Source of the DNA: Chiloscyllium plagiosum
Taxonomy: Eukaryota
Length of the DNA stretch: 64,000 bases
Assembly (NCBI RefSeq): GCF_004010195.1
Contig: NC_057739.1
Span: forward strand, 27,849,570-27,913,569
Direction of reading: 5' to 3'
The position numbers and the translations under genes are program-made. The notes below the pieces were generated by a model that was given only the letters and a program-made list of their open reading frames with translations, searched no databases and had not been told where the DNA came from. Of the stretch, positions 11,980-27,276 are shown one piece after another (position 1 is the first letter of the stretch; each line of letters opens with the position of its first letter).

Positions 11980-14900
11980 CAACCATCCTTCTCCTCTAAA
12001 AAGAAGGTTCTATGAGCTGGATTGGTAAGGTTAATAGTATTTTTTCAGTAGTCTCTTTGGGAATGGATGTCAGTGCAGTTGAATACTCCTCCTGTAGAAT
12101 GTGGGAGGTAAGGGTCACCACTAGTGTCCCTGCTGATTTCATCTGCAGGAAATGCACCCAACTCCAGCTCCTCGGAAACTGCGTTAGGGAATTGGAGCCG
12201 GAGCTGGTTGAACTTTGGATCATTTGGGAGGCTGAGAGACTAATTGAGATTGGTTACAGGCATGTAGTCACACCTCAGGTACAGGAAAAAGGTAGATGGA
12301 TTACAGTCAGGGATGGAAAGGGAGGAGGCAGACAGTGCAGGGATCCCCTGTGGCCGTTCCCCTCAATAACAACTATACCGGTTTGGATACTGTTGGTGGT
12401 GGTGGGGGGGCGGGGGGGGTGTGTGACTTACCAGGCACAAGTCATGGGGTACAGGTCTTTGACATAGAGTCTGTGCCTGTTGCTCAGAAAGGATGGGGGC
12501 AGAGGAGTAGAGCACGAAACATTGGAGACTCCATAGTTATGGGGACATATAGGAGATTCTGTGGGAATGAGAGAGACTTGTGGTTGGTGTGTTGCCTCCT
12601 AGGTGCTAGAGTCCATGATGTCTTGGATCATGTTTTGGGGATCCTTAAGGGGGAGGGGGTGCAGCCCCAAGGCTACATAGGCACCAATGACATAGGTAGG
12701 AAAAGGGATGTAAGGCAGAAATTCAAGGAACTAGGGTGGAAGCTTAGAGATAGAACAGAGTTGTTATCTCTGGCTTGTTACCCATGCAATGTGCTAGTGA
12801 GGTGTGTGAGAGAGGGCAGTTGAAGTTGTGGCTACAGGGATGGTGCAGGAGGGAGGGATAATTGGGGCTCATGCTGGGGTAGATGGGACCTCCACAAACA
12901 GGATGGTCTACACCTTAACCAGAGGAGTACCAATATCCTTGGAGGTGGCGGCGGGGGGGGGGGGGGGAGTAATTTTCTAAAGCCCTTTGGGAGGGTTTAA
13001 ACTAATTCAACAGGGACATGGGATTCTGAATTGTAGCTCCAGTATAAAGGAGGTCGAGAGTAGTAAGGTCATAAACCGGCAGAAAGGAAGGTGGTTTGAA
13101 ATGTCTCTACTTCAATGCTAGGAGCATCCGGAATAAGGTGGGTGAACTTGCAGCATGGGTTGATACCTGGAACTTTGATGTTGTGGCCATTTCAGAGACA
13201 TGGATAGAGCAGGGACAGGAATGGCTGTTGCAGGTTCCGGGGTTTTGATGTTTCAGTGAGAACATAGAAGATGGTAAAAGAGGGGGAGATGTGGCATTGT
13301 TAGTCAAGGACAGTATTATAGTGGCAGAAATAATGTTTGATGAGGACTCGTCTACTGAGGTAGTATGGGCTGAGGTTAGAAACAGTAAAGAGAGGTCACC
13401 TTGTTGGGAGTTTTCTATAGGCCTCTGAAAAGTTCTAGAGATATAGAGGAAAGGATTGCAAAGATGATTCTGGATAGGAGCAAAGGTAACAGGGTAGTTG
13501 TTATAGGGGACTTTAGCTTTCCAAATATTAACTGGAAATGCTTTAGTTGAAGTACTTCAGATGGGTCAGTTTTTGTCCAATGTGGGCAGGAGGGTTTCCT
13601 GACAAGGTATGTAGATAGGCCAACAGGAGCCGAGGCCACATTGGATTTGGTATTGTGTAATGAATCAGGCCAGGTGTTAGATCTGGAGATAGGTGAACTC
13701 TTTGGTAAGAGTGACCACAATTCGGTTACATTTACTTTAGTGATGGAAAGGGATAGGTATATATGGCAGGGCAAGAGTTATAGCTGAGGGAAAGGCAATT
13801 ATGATGCGATTAGGCAAGATTTAGGCTGCATTGGGTGGAAAAAGAAACTGCAGGGGATAGGCATAATTGAAATATGGAGCTTGCTCAAGGAACAGCTACT
13901 GCATATCCTTGATAAGTATGCACCTCTCAGGCAGGGAGGAAATGGTCAAGCAAGGGAACCATGGTTACTAAAGAAGTTGAATCTCTTGTCAAGAGGAAGA
14001 AGGAGACTTATGTAAAGATGAAATGTGAAGGCTCAGTTGGGGCACTTGAGAGATACAAGTTAGCCAGGAAGGACTTAAAGAGAAAGCTAAGAGCCAGGAG
14101 AGCATGAGAAGTCTTTGGGCAGGTATGATCAAGGAAAATACTAAAGTTGTCTTTGTATGTTGGGAATAAAGGAATGATTAGAGTAACATTATGGCCAGTC
14201 AAGTACAGTAGTGGGAAGTTTTGTATGGAGTCCAAGGAAATAGGAGAGGTGCTATATCGGAAAAAGAGCAGTGTTATCAAGGAGAATACTGAGATACAGG
14301 TTATTAGACGAGACAGGAATAAGGTTCCTAAGAAGGAGGTGTCAGCAATTCTGGAAAGTGTGAAAATAGATAGGTCACCTGGGCCGGATAGGATTTATCC
14401 TAGGATTCTCTGGGAAGCTAGGTAGGACGTTTCAGAGCCTTTATCTTTGATCTTTATGTCGTCGTTGCCTACAGGAATAGTGCCACAAGGCTGGAAGATA
14501 GCAAATGTTGTCCCCTTGTTCAAGAAGGGGAGTAGAGACAACCCTGGTAATTATAGACCAGTGAGCCTTACTTCAATTATTGGTTGCGTGGAAAGGATTG
14601 TAAGAGAAAGGGTTTATAATCATCTAGAAAGGAATAATTTGATTAGGGATAGTCAGGACGGTTTTGTGAAGGGTAGGTCGTGCCTCACAAACCTTATTGA
14701 ATTTTTTGAGAAGGTGACCACAAATAGGTAGATGAGGGTAAAGCGGTTGATGTGGTGTATATGAATTTCAGTAAAGCATTTAATAAGTTTCCCTATGGTA
14801 GGCTATTGCAGAAAATATGGAGGCATGGGATTGAGGGTGAGTTAGCAGCTTGGATCAGAAATTGGCTAGCTGTAAGAAGACAGAGGGTGGTGATTGATGG

Positions 14901-15900
14901 GAAATGTTCAGTTACTAGTGGTGTACCATAAGGATTTGTTTTGGGGCCACTGCTGTTTGTCATTTTTATAAGTGATCTGGATAGGGTGTAGAAGGATGGC
15001 TTAGTAAATTTGCGGATGACACTAAGGTCGGTGGAGTTGTAGACAGTGTGGAAGGATGTAGCAAGTTACAAAGGAACATTGATAAGCTGCTGAGCTGGGC
15101 TGAGAGGTGGAAAATGGAGTTTAATGCAGAAAAGTGTGAGGTGATCCACTTTGGAAGGACTAACAGGAATCTAGAGTAATGGGCTAATTCTTGTTAGTGT
15201 GGCTGAGCAGAGAGATATTGGTGTCCATGTGCATAGATCCTTGAAAGTTGCTACCCAGTTTGATAGGGTTGTTTAAGAAGGCATATGGTGTGTTAGCTTT
15301 TATTGGTAGGATTGAGTTTCAGAGCCATTATGTTGCAGCTGGAGTACTGCGTATAAAGCTCTGGAGTACTGCGTATACACTTGGGAGTATTGCTTACAGT
15401 TCTGGTTGCCATATCATAGGAAGGATGTGGAGGCGTCCAAAAGGGTGCAAAGGAGATTTACCAGGATATTGCCTGGTATGGAGGAAAGGTCTTATGAGGA
15501 AAGGCTGAGGAAATGGAGACTGTTTCCGTTAAAGAAAAGGTTAAGAGGTGACTTAATAGAGACATACAAGATGATCAGAGGATAAGACAGGGTGGACAGT
15601 GGAAAGCCTTTTTCCTTGGATGGTGATAACTAACATGAGGGTACATAGCTTTAAATTGAGGGGTGTTAGATATAGGACAGATGTCAGAGGTAGGTTCTTT
15701 ACTCAAGAGAGTAATAAGGGCGTGGAACACCCTGCCTGTGACAATAGTAGATTTGCTAAATTTAAAGGCATGTAAATGTTCATTGGATAAAAAAATGGAT
15801 GATAAAGGAATAGTGTAGGTTAAATGAACTTCAGATTGCTTTCACTATTTGAAGCCCATCGAGAGTCAAGGGGCCTGTACTGCACTGCAATGTTCCATGG
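11980..15900 (+). mobile_element. Near full-length decayed CR1 LINE (ORF1 Cys-rich plus SGNH esterase; ORF2 endonuclease and RT)
   Basis: SSCRMWE..FICRKC, IGDSIV, GTNDIG, FNARSI, SPGPDRIYPRIL, PGNYRPVSLTS, KFADDTK, 3' tail near 15870-15900. Confidence 0.92.
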
Positions 15901-17439
15901 AGATGACAAATAGAGACTGTTCTTATTACTTGGTTTCAGAGGTCAGCTCTGAATATCAATGACCCCAAAGTCAAGATTTTGCCTAAATTGACTTCTTTTC
16001 AATATTTGATTTTTGTTTGCATAATCACTAATAATGCTCGCATTGGTGAATGCCCACTCCGAGCTTTAGTTGTTTAGTTTCCCCAAGACACAAACAAGCT
16101 CAGGTAGTCACTCTGTCCATGTTCATCTTCTTTTCAGATAGTTGTCTAGGCTAGCCTACTTTCTTATACAGCTGCATCAGTGGTCCTAAGTTCACTGAGC
16201 ACTATGTTGAAATAATTCCTGCCCTGCCTTTACACATTTTATAATTGACCCATTTCTACGATAGCAGCAGGCATTCATCGGCTCACTTTCATCCTTGGCA
16301 ACCCTCCCTAGAGTAGAAAGGTCCCAGCAACAAATGGCTAACTCCTTCAAAACTAGTTTAATTTCACGGAAACCATGGTTTGTTCTGGTGTACACATGGG
16401 GGTCACATCCTGCTTACTCCACTGTCTTACGGATGCAGGATTGCTCAATATCCCAGTTTAATGGAGCAGCCATAGCACTGCAAACTGCAAAATTCTTTGT
16501 TACTCAATGATATTCTGCACATTATAGAAGTTTTAAGCAAAATGACAAAACTTTTAAAAAGCTGAACATATACATTTACATTGGAGAAAAAAAAAATCAC
16601 TTGATCTTTGTTAAGATAACTGAATAATCTTTACATCAAAACAGACATGAAATCAACATTATTTACACATTGGCAGAAGTTAACATATGTTGTGTACTTA
16701 GTGGTTACAATTAGGTCAATGATTCAGCCTAAACCCAGCACTTGGTCATTTTCGGTCAAGCTTCCCAGGAGTCTTTGCATTTTGAGATGTTTGCCCTATC
16801 TATGCACCCCAATAATTCTATGTATCCAATTACTTTGCATTGGCTTAGTCTGGACATAATGCCATCAAGTAGCAACTATGTAGCTAGCCCATCCCTGTAT
16901 CCACAAAAAGTTTCCACAATGCAACTACCCACTTACTTTATTTAAAATGCAGCAGCTGCCCTACAAAGTTAAGGGTGAAGGGAAGCAGCTGATGGGCTAA
17001 AGCAAAGATGGAGATGAGCAATATTAAGAGTTGGAAGTCTGAGTAATGGAAAGAACATGGGGTCAGAAAATTAGCTCGGGTCAATCAGAATGTACAGTTT
17101 CCAAATATTCTGGTGCAGCTCATATCAGTAAAAAGTGGGATGGCACTGCCGGAAATGGAATGGAGCTTATGTTGAGATCAAACTGTTGGCCTCCTCCAGG
17201 TTTTGCTAAATAACAACTGTTGCAATTCAGTGTACGTGAAACACTGTGTCATAATAAGGCAATATATCAATGCAAATTGGTCTTCCTTCCCAGCTGATCT
17301 CAGCAGTGGCAACACCGAGTTGCAGCTGGTTGTCAACCCCCTCCAATACTCCCAATTTCAGGTGAGCAATATTTTTCCTAGTGTTGAGTCCTTTATTGTG
17401 TAAGTTTGCCAATTTGCTGTGTGCTTCAATGTCCACTTA

Positions 17440-18545
17440 GAACTGCTCTAACAGAAGCTGAAAGAATAGTCAGAGGTCCACAGCACAGAAAAAAAATCCA
17501 AAAGCCAATTGAGCCCGGACTGGTCAAAAAGATCCACCAAACTATTCTAATCTCATTTTCAAGCATTTGGCTTATGAGCACAAGTGCACATCTGAATACT
17601 TCTTCAATGCTATGAGAGTTTCTGCCTCTAACACCTTCACAGGCAGTGAGTTTCCGAATTCCTATCACCCTCTGCGTAAAAGCATTTTTCCTCACATCCC
17701 CACTAAACTCCTGCCCATTACCTAACTCTAAGCCCACTGGTCATTGATCCTTCCAATAAGGGGAAAGGTTTCTTTGATTACCCCATCTAAGCCTCTCACA
17801 ATTTTACACATCTCAATCACGTCCAACTTCAATTTCCTCTGTTTAAAGGAAAGAACCCCAGTCTGTCCAAATCTTTTTATAATTAAAACTTTCAAATTCA
17901 GGCAACATCCTGGTAAATCTCTTTTGCAGCTTCTGCAGTGCAAGCAGATTCCTCCTATAATATAATTCAGAATATTTTTGTTGTGGCTGAACCAATGTTT
18001 CACACTGTTCAGTGAAACCTCCCTACTCTTAAACACTGTGCCTTTGCAAACAAAAGTATCTCATATACTTTCTCAACCATTTTATCTACCTGTCCCATTA
18101 CCTTAAGAGACTGGTGGAGCTGCTCACCAAGGTCCATCTGATCCTTAGTGCTTCCCAGTGTTCCACTGTTCATTGTGTACTCTCATCTGGTTTGTCCTGC
18201 CCAAGTTTCTTGTGTACTTAGTGGCTACAATTAGCCTAAACTCAGCACTTGGTAATTTTCAGTCAAACATTAACTCATACTTGTTCAGATTGAATTCTAT
18301 TTGCTACTGATCAGCCTGTCTATGCACCCCTGTAATCAAAGGCTATTCGCCTATTCACCAACCCATCAATTTTTTTATCATCTACAAACTTACTGATCAA
18401 GTTTACATTCAAGACTAAATTGTTTATATGTACCATAAATAGCAAGGCCTCCAACACCACTCCCTGTGGAATCCTATTGGATACAGGTTACCAGTCACAA
18501 AAACACTTATTGACCAGTATCTTCTGCTTCCTGCCACTCAGACAG
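17440..18545 (-). mobile_element. Old CR1 3' fragment
   Basis: Minus-strand GDVRKNAFTQRVI and RT C-terminal remnants. Confidence 0.8.
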
Positions 18546-19197
18546 AAGGTTGTTCAAATATTTACACATTAGATCCAAGCCTTGGTCTTTGAGGGGAGTG
18601 GACAATTTCCTAAGTCACTGCATCTTATTAATCACTATAATAAAGCCTCCATTAACTTTGTATCAAATTGATATTACCTCATCCCTTCATTATAATATCT
18701 GAGACTAAGGTTAAAATCAAAATGATCACAGTGATTATGATATCATACGTTGTAGCAATGATACAATGTCATTGGCAGCCACTCATGTCACAAAGTGAGT
18801 GATGGATGTAAAGATGCTAATAACCCTTCAGTTCAAATTGAAAACTTCAGCCTAGTGATAGTAAGCCATTGAGCAATTCAAGAGAATGAGCCATACAAAA
18901 TAAAGCCAGGTCCAAAATGTAGTCATTTGAGCTTGCTCTGCCATTCAATATGGTTCTCGCTGATCATCCAATTCACTGACATATTCCCACCAACCCTTTA
19001 GTTCCAAGAACTATGTTCTAAAGTGCATCTGTCCTAAGTGTTTGAAGGGAATTGAATCAATTGCTTTTGATTGTAAATTTTAAGGTCTAAAACACATCTA
19101 ACTCCTCCTCAAAAACAACTATTTTCTGTGGCACCGAATTCCATAGACTCACCAAAGCATTTCTTTGTATCCCAGTCGTAAATGACTTATCCTTCAT

Positions 19198-19525
19198 CAT
19201 AGAATCACAGTGTAGAAGCAGGCCATTCAGCCAGAGTCCACACCAACTCTCTAAAGAGCACCCAGAACCACCTTTTACCCTGGCCATGTAATCCTGCATT
19301 TACCATCACTAATCCACTTAGCCTGCATAATCCTAGATAGAATGGATAATTTAGCATGGCCAATCCACCGAAGCTGCAACTTTGGACTGTGGGAAGGAAA
19401 CTGGAGTACCCAGAGGAAACCAACACAAGTGCAGGGAGAACATGCAAACGCCACAGTCATCAGAGGCTGGAATTGAACCCAGTTCCCTGATGCTGTGAGA
19501 CAGCAGTGCTAACCACTGAGCCCCA
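19198..19525 (-). mobile_element. HE1-type SINE nested in an old CR1 fragment (about 18915-19795)
   Basis: Similar to 5828-6182 and 57597-57911. Confidence 0.8.
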
Positions 19526-20905
19526 TGACCCTGGTTCTGGACACTCTAATCATCAAGACTATTTTCCTGCATTTATCTCATCTAGTCCTGTTAATATTTC
19601 ATAGGTTTCTATGAGGTTCTCCTCTATCCTTCTAAACTCCACTGAAGATAATCCCAACTGACCTAAGTCTTCATTCACACATCAGTACAGCCATCCCAGG
19701 AATCAGTCTGGCAAATCTTTGTTTTATTCCCTTAATAGCCAGAAGATCTTCCCTCATATCAGAAGGCTAAAACTGCACACATTCCAGTTATTGCAAATGC
19801 ACCCAGTCTTCCCTGGTCCTCTTACTCTGAAAGATATTGCTGCCTTTATAATTTTGATTAAATTTCACTCCATTATCAACATCTTTGGAGTATGCAGATT
19901 TTAACAGAGAGGCATAGTATTATTTTAAGTATGCAGTGAATAGATTATCCAGGAATGCTCCTGAAGCATTAAGCACCAAAGGTTATGGTTATGGCTGGGT
20001 ACACCATTGAGAGAGACAACCATGGCAGAGAGAAACTTGCAATGCTATCAGTATGTTAAGAGTAGAATGACTAAGTACATTCAGGAGTTTTCTGATGAAC
20101 TGATAGTTATATTGTTCATGGAGAACAATGGCAGATATAATGGGAGTAACACCTTTCTTATAATGAGGAGACATGTTCAAGACTAAGTCTGAATGATGGA
20201 GCAGGCGAGAAGGGCTACAAAGCCTACGCCGTTTCTCTCTCATAATATGATAATAGTAATCAATTAGTGAGACTGCCGGCCTAGTTTAGCATTTCAATTG
20301 AAATAAAAAAAGCTAGAAAGTCACAAATTTGAATCAAAAGAAATCACCTCAAGCACCCCATTATTAAGTTTAAATGGATACAATTATCAGTGTCTATATT
20401 AAAAGGCAAGTAACAGCAGTAAAAGGTGGACGACAGTATGTTATTCTACCTAGCTGCTATAGAACTGAACTCTCAACATTTCATAAATTGAAGAACCCAT
20501 CAAATCTGGACTTATCAATTCAAGTGTTGTTGACAGGCAGGTCAGTGTCCACGCACAACTGTCAGAATACCATGTATCATTTTTCCTGATTGGATCTAGA
20601 CCCCATTTGAATGGCAGCTTTAATGGCTAACTTTATAAGGTATTAAAACTAAATATATTGCATGGGTCAGTTTCTAAAAGATTTTATTTAATTTGTCTGG
20701 CTCTTTGGAAAACACAGGTTGTGGGTACACTGATTTCTATCTGCCAACCAGCCCCGACATGAATTACTATGCAAAATCACTCAGATCGAGAAGGTGGTCA
20801 AGATACTGGGAGTAACCTTACATCCAACCCTTTTATTGGAAAAGTATACCAAATTTCTGAACACTGAAGAGGAAAAAAAAACTAAAAACACAAGGCATTC
20901 TTAAA

Positions 20906-20911
20906 TTTAAT
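20906..20911 (-). terminator. RPL35 polyadenylation signal ATTAAA (alternative AATAAA at 20832-20837)
   Basis: About 20 nt after the stop, followed by a GU/U-rich downstream element ttgtgtttttagttttttttt. Confidence 0.6.
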
Positions 20912-20930
20912 ATTTTCTGTGACAGAACAT

Positions 20931-21113
<183 letters not shown>

Positions 21114-22639
21114 CTAAACATATGTAACCCATCACCACAGGAAAAGCCCTGATTTTACAATTTACTTAACAGTAACTAGCAATAACCTAAAGTACAGAGG
21201 ACCAATGCCACTGAATGTTGAATAGTAACTAAAGAACAGATATATCAAGTCACATTATAATAATTGGTCTAACTCAGATTTGATTCTGAATTATATTTTC
21301 AACGACAGTAATAAACTTTACAGTACTTTTAAACTTAATCAAGTTTCTCCCATGTTAACAAGTAGGGGAAACAAGAACAACACACAGAAATCATTATGCA
21401 GCACAATCAAAAGGACACCCAACACTTTATTCATCTCACATACATACGTAATCATATTGACTAGTTAAACTTCTGTAGTGGTGTACATGGACATCATGCA
21501 ATTTTCAGATGAAATCAGGAAATAATTGGATCAACATACACAGAACTGATTTTCAGCATACATTTTAAACAGTAAGTTATTTAATATATTGTTTCTCTTC
21601 AGCACAGAGACATTGGATACAGCCACAAAAGGATTTAACAAAAGAATAAGCATTTTAAAATGGGGAATTGTGGTCAACAGAGCAATGAAAATAAAAGTGA
21701 ATGGGATTATATTTGCCCCAGTGTGCATACCTGATGAGTAGATTTTAGAAGCTTTTTGTGTTTTCCTTCTGTTTGGCAAACAGGAATCTGACAGACAGGC
21801 CATCGAAGACAGCAAGTTTCTTTTTCCAATAACCAATTTCAAGGTCACTTTTACCAGAATTAGATTTATGCCTTCAGTTTTTTAAAACCTGAATTCAAAT
21901 TCTCAAACAGACATTCTAGGATTGGAACTAAATTTTCTCTGATGCAATAGTCTAAACCGCTGGATTACTGGTCTAGTAAGATAACCATTACACTATTGTA
22001 TCCTGTACCTTAACACTGCAGCATTATGAAATTTTGCTCAAAAACCCAAACTCACTGCTGACTTTCAATCTTCCGAGGAGAAATGCTAAAATCTTAAAAT
22101 TCCAATACATCCTCCAAAGGTGAAACAGCAGTCTATCAGCCAGTTTATTCTGTCCCAAAGCTCCTTGATACCCAAATCATCAAAACATTAACCATACCGT
22201 ATGACCTACTCAATTCAGAATCAAACGGAGATCACCTGTATGTGGCCTTGTGCACACTAACTGTTCAAACTGCTCGCTCACCTATTAAATATATATCAGT
22301 TTAAAGCAAAATGTCATAATCTGTTCACCAGTGTGCAGACTTAAAGAGAGATTAAAAACTTGTATGCACAAAGATTTGGGTAACAAATTTTTAATTACAA
22401 CAAGTTGTTACATCTATGCCCTGTTTATTGTATGATCCAACTACATAGAAAGGTGCTATAATACAAAGTCAGAAGATCTACCACCTGCCTCTTCTTCTTC
22501 CCTACTCTTCACCATTCAAAATCGTAAAGAATCTCTTTTCAAGTAAGAATTGCAAGTGTATTTTTTGTCTATTCTGTACACTACTCTTAACATGGTTTCC
22601 TCCACAATGACGGGACCTCTGTTCTCTCTGGATGTAGTT

Positions 22640-23020
22640 TTGCTCATGGTCCTGGGTAACATCAGTGAGCCTCCGGCAGAAACACTGCTGGTGTTTCCTA
22701 CGTACGATTTATATGTTTGGGTTTCCTTCGGTTGGTGATGTCATTTTCGATTCTTTTTCTCTGGGGTGCTAAATGGGATCCAAGTCAATGTGTTTGTTGA
22801 TAGAGTTCTGGTTGGAATGCCATGTTCCTAGGAATTCTCATGCATGCCGGTTTGGCTTGTCTAGGATGAATGTTTTGCCCCAGTCTTCTCAAAACTTGCT
22901 AATCTCTGTTCTGTCCCTAAATATGACACCCAGGCTTTCTGTGGCATGTCATTTTAATTCACCAGCCTGCTCTCACAATGATATCTCTACCCTTGGTCTG
23001 CTGCATTGTTCCAGTTAAGT
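22640..23020 (-). mobile_element. Penelope-like element 3' fragment (second family)
   Basis: Remnant ..EFLGTWHSNQNSINKHIDLDPI (end of GIY-YIG region); similar to the arms at 33321-33780. Confidence 0.7.
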
Positions 23021-23129
23021 TTCAACATAAGCTTAAAAAAAAAACACCTCATTTCTTCATTAAGACATTTTTCTGGACCTTTTACACCTTTCTGGACTCA
23101 ACAATTTCAGAGACAGACTCTGGCCCTCA

Positions 23130-23462
23130 GATTCTCTATAGTGTGGAAAAAGGCCACTTGGCCCATTATGTTTGCCCTTCTAAAGAGATCCCAACCAGAC
23201 TCAGTCCACCTCCACCCAATCCCCCTAACGTTGCATTTACCATGGTTAATCCACCAAGCCTGCACATTATTCAACACTACAGGACATTTAGCATGACAAG
23301 TCTACCTAACCTGCACATCTTTGAACTGCAGGAGGAAACTGAAGCACATGCCAGAAACACTGTCATGGGGAGAATGTGTAAACTCCACTCAGTCACTCAA
23401 GGCAGGCATTGAACCTCTGTCTCAGGCACTGCAAGACTGTGCTAACCATGCAGCATTCTGCC
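23130..23462 (-). mobile_element. HE1-type SINE, diverged
   Basis: acctaacctgcacatcttt..gggagaatgtgtaaactccac..gtgctaacca. Confidence 0.75.
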
Positions 23463-24360
23463 AGCCTCAATTTATTTCCCATTCTTTTCACTCAATAGCT
23501 CACCTTCTCTAGGCACATTTGTTTCTCTTCTTGTCCCATCCCTATCCCCTTTGGGCCTGGAGGACTAACTTTTATGTAGTTCAGGTTTCTAGGATGGAAG
23601 ACAGGGGAACATTCATTCATTTTGACCGTATTCCACTAGTAACTTCTAAGTTTTCCCATCATAAGCATGAAAAGTAACTGCTTTCTCCTCTACACCGATG
23701 CTCTCCAACCTAAGTGTATTCCCCCATCCCCCCAGCATTTTCTATTTTTATTCCAGATTTCCAGCATCTTTATCTATTTTTTGAAGAAATAGAGCAGTCT
23801 GGCAGTAGTGATATGAGCACAAGACAGCAGAAAAAGTGTAAGGAAAGAAAGGAAAAGGCAAACTTGGACAGCTAGAAGTGAGAGATGAGCATCTAGAAAG
23901 TAAGGCATGAAAAACTGACAAATGGAGAATATATCAGAGATTGAACTTAAGGAATAGAACCTGAGAAATCAGGAAAACGAGGCAGGAACACAGATTGGAA
24001 GATAAACTTTGGACAATCATTGCAGATTCAGTGTTACCGTATGAAACACTGTTGGCTGTGTTGCGACTGTTGGACCTTTCTAGGCTCCACCTGTGATGGA
24101 GGTAGTTCGTTTAAGAGATAAACAAATATCAAATCTACCCAAATCAAATGCATTAATATTAACACAAGTGTGTCTGACTCTCCCTATTGCTTGGTGACTC
24201 CATTTTGAAGTCAACTTTATGTTTTAAAAGAATTATAAAAGTTTGTATGAATGTTATAAATGAACAGCATACACTGTTCACTAAACTGCTTCATTTCATC
24301 AGCATGTTATTTTCATGAACATTGTCCCAGGATCGCTGCATGCTTTAATTACAACAGTTA

Positions 24361-24507
<147 letters not shown>

Positions 24508-24837
24508 TTACAAATCTTCTCCAATTCTGAAAATAAGAGGTAGGATTTTAAAAAAGTATACTACAGCTCACATGGATCTCACACTCCAACATGTATTTGC
24601 TTGCACTGAATTACATAGAAATTCACTTAAACTACAACAAGGAACCTAAGTACTTCAGAAAGTCAAGAGTCCTTTTAGAGCACCAAGTCATACCTGCCAA
24701 ATAGCAGCAAAATCATTCAAACCTCCAGAGTTCTGACTCACTAAAACCTGGACTCCAAACCTGTCCCTTCTAATAAAGAAAATTTTAAAATCACTAGCAT
24801 GTGCAAAAAACAAACTAATCCAGTGCCTATATACTCA

Positions 24838-24975
<138 letters not shown>

Positions 24976-25749
24976 CTACATTTAATAAGAATCACCATGT
25001 TACTATCACACTAACCAAGCTTCCACCTGAAGACAACTAATAGTATATGCATTCAAAAACCTGAAGACAATACAAGTAGCTGATAATGCTACACATACCA
25101 AGCGTTGGTCCTTCAACTCAAATTATTCAAGTAGATCTTTGCTAATGTGATCCTTAACCCTATTTACCTGTTTCTAATTCAGATAATGTATAACCAAACA
25201 TGCATTGATCTCATAGCTTAGTCTGCACAGGGCCAATAGATGAATTTGAACATGTACATTTTCAAACATTCACAAACCTACCTAGGGTAAAATATGCAAG
25301 GTTTGCTAAGAGTCTGTTGGAAGTTTAGGTGAAATAATAAAAGTACAAGAGTTTGAGCTGATGAACCGGGGAAAGGATAGAGTTGGTCACAGAGTTAAGA
25401 ATAGTCAGTGCATGGCTATGTGGTGGGAAGCTCACCTGGGCTAAATTACATCAATTTTAAAATTACTCTCCCTTTTTCAAATTGTTCAATCCTTCAATTT
25501 TAATTCAAGAGAACAGGACCAAGGTTTACTGTGCCTGACCTCAATTTAATTCTGGTGGATCAACATGGTGTATGTCATCCAAGGATGCAGCTCCTGAAAG
25601 CACTCCAGAGAGTCTGACCACAGCGCAGTACAACTGAATCATAATATTCTTCCTTTCTAATAGCATCACCAAAGCAAAGGTCCACTTCAATGTCATTTCA
25701 TCAGAACTTTTAATAAAACCAACAGTAACATCTGCCTACAATAGTAGAT

Positions 25750-26290
25750 GGTGACAACCTAGTGGTATTAAAATGACTGAATCCAGAAATTCAGCTAATG
25801 TGCTAGGGACCCAGGTTCAAATCCCAACTCACCACCATAACAAATGGTGGAATTGGAATTTAATAAAAAAATCCAATTGACCATTTAACCATTGTCAATT
25901 GTCAGGTGGGAAAAAGAAAGTCCATTTGGCTCAGGGAAGGAAATCTGCCATCCTGACATGGTTTGGCCTACTTTGACTCCAGACCCACAGCAACACGGTT
26001 GACTCTCAAACTAAAAGTGTGGCACTCGAAAAGCACAGGTCAGGCAGCATTTGAAGAGCAGGAGTGTCAACATTTTGGAACAACGCCGAAATGTTGACTC
26101 TCTGCTCCACTGATGCTGCTTGACCTGCTGTGCTTTTTCAGCACCACACTTTTTGACTCTGATCTCCAAGGCTTGCAGTCCTCACTTTCTCCTGCCCTCT
26201 GAAAGGACCGAGCAAGCCACTCAGTTGGCTGAGTGCAAGAAGGCAGCCGACTACCACCTTCGCAAGGGCAATTAGAATGGGCAATAAATG
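25750..26290 (+). mobile_element. DeuSINE/SacSINE1-like SINE interrupted by a fold-back Penelope-derived insert (about 26012-26192)
   Basis: tRNA-like head with ggttcaaatccc; the body is split by inverted arms aaagtgtgg..gaaaagcacaggtcaggcagcat / atgctgcttgacctgctgtgcttttt..ccacacttt. Confidence 0.6.
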
Positions 26291-27256
26291 CTGGCATCCC
26301 ATGAATGAATTAAAAAACTATTCAATATGTGATCTGCCTGTATTGCTCGCAAGACAAAGCTTTTCACTGTGCCTCGGTACATGTGACAATAAATTCAATT
26401 CATGTAACTTGCTGAGATTGAGAAAAAGTGTTTCAAATATCAAATTTGCAGGACAGAAGGACATTCACCACTTTACTGGACGGGTTCAACCACAACTCTG
26501 AAGAAATCAGACAACCATCGCTACAAACCAATATGCTTGAACAGTGCACCCAGTACTGGAATGGTAGTACTGCAGCATTCACCAAGCTTACTTGAACAAC
26601 ACCTTACCAGCTCAGTCACCACTATCACCAAGAGGAATGGGGAAAGGAGGATCACTATCAATAAGTTTCTCTCTCATGTCACAAAGCCGAGTTGGCACTC
26701 AACTATCCCATTAGGAAGCCCCCAAAACCTCACAGCCAACAGCACTGCAATTGAGGAACCAACGCAAAAGCTGCTCACGGTGGTTAGGGGGAAGCAAGAT
26801 GAACACTCCTAGTGCTAACCGTCATTTCAAAAAGGAGCAAAACCAAGACTTTTGGGAGAAGGGGGAGCCGATGGTACTGAGCAACGGGGGACCCTGCTGG
26901 GAGTCTGAAGCCCCACTGAGGCCCAGAAAGCCGATGAGCCCTCTCCCGCAGACTCTGCTCAGCAAGGCCCACATCTCCAAACCTCCCAGTGGCGGGGTTA
27001 TCTATGGGGACCAATATGCAGGGAGGACGGGGCCGGCGCCATGTAAGTAGACACACGGCGGCCTGCGGCCGATCAATCGATCATCCGCCATGGTTTAAAC
27101 GTAAAATCTACAAAGCCTCACAAATAAAAGGCCGACACGATAGAGGGGAGCCCGGTGATTGACTGGAGCCAGTTACTGCAACTATTCGAGCGATATTTTT
27201 TCAGGATTAAATCGGATTCTCCAATGGACAGAAACAGGCAACACATAAACTCCTAC

Positions 27257-27259
27257 CAT
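27257..27259 (-). CDS. RPL35: RPL35 exon 1 coding part (ATG only)
   Basis: ccttttcctgcgcctgcccaagacaATG|GTAGGA; total CDS 3+137+82+150=372 nt, which is 123 aa plus stop. Confidence 0.88.
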
Positions 27260-27276
27260 TGTCTTGGGCAGGCGCA

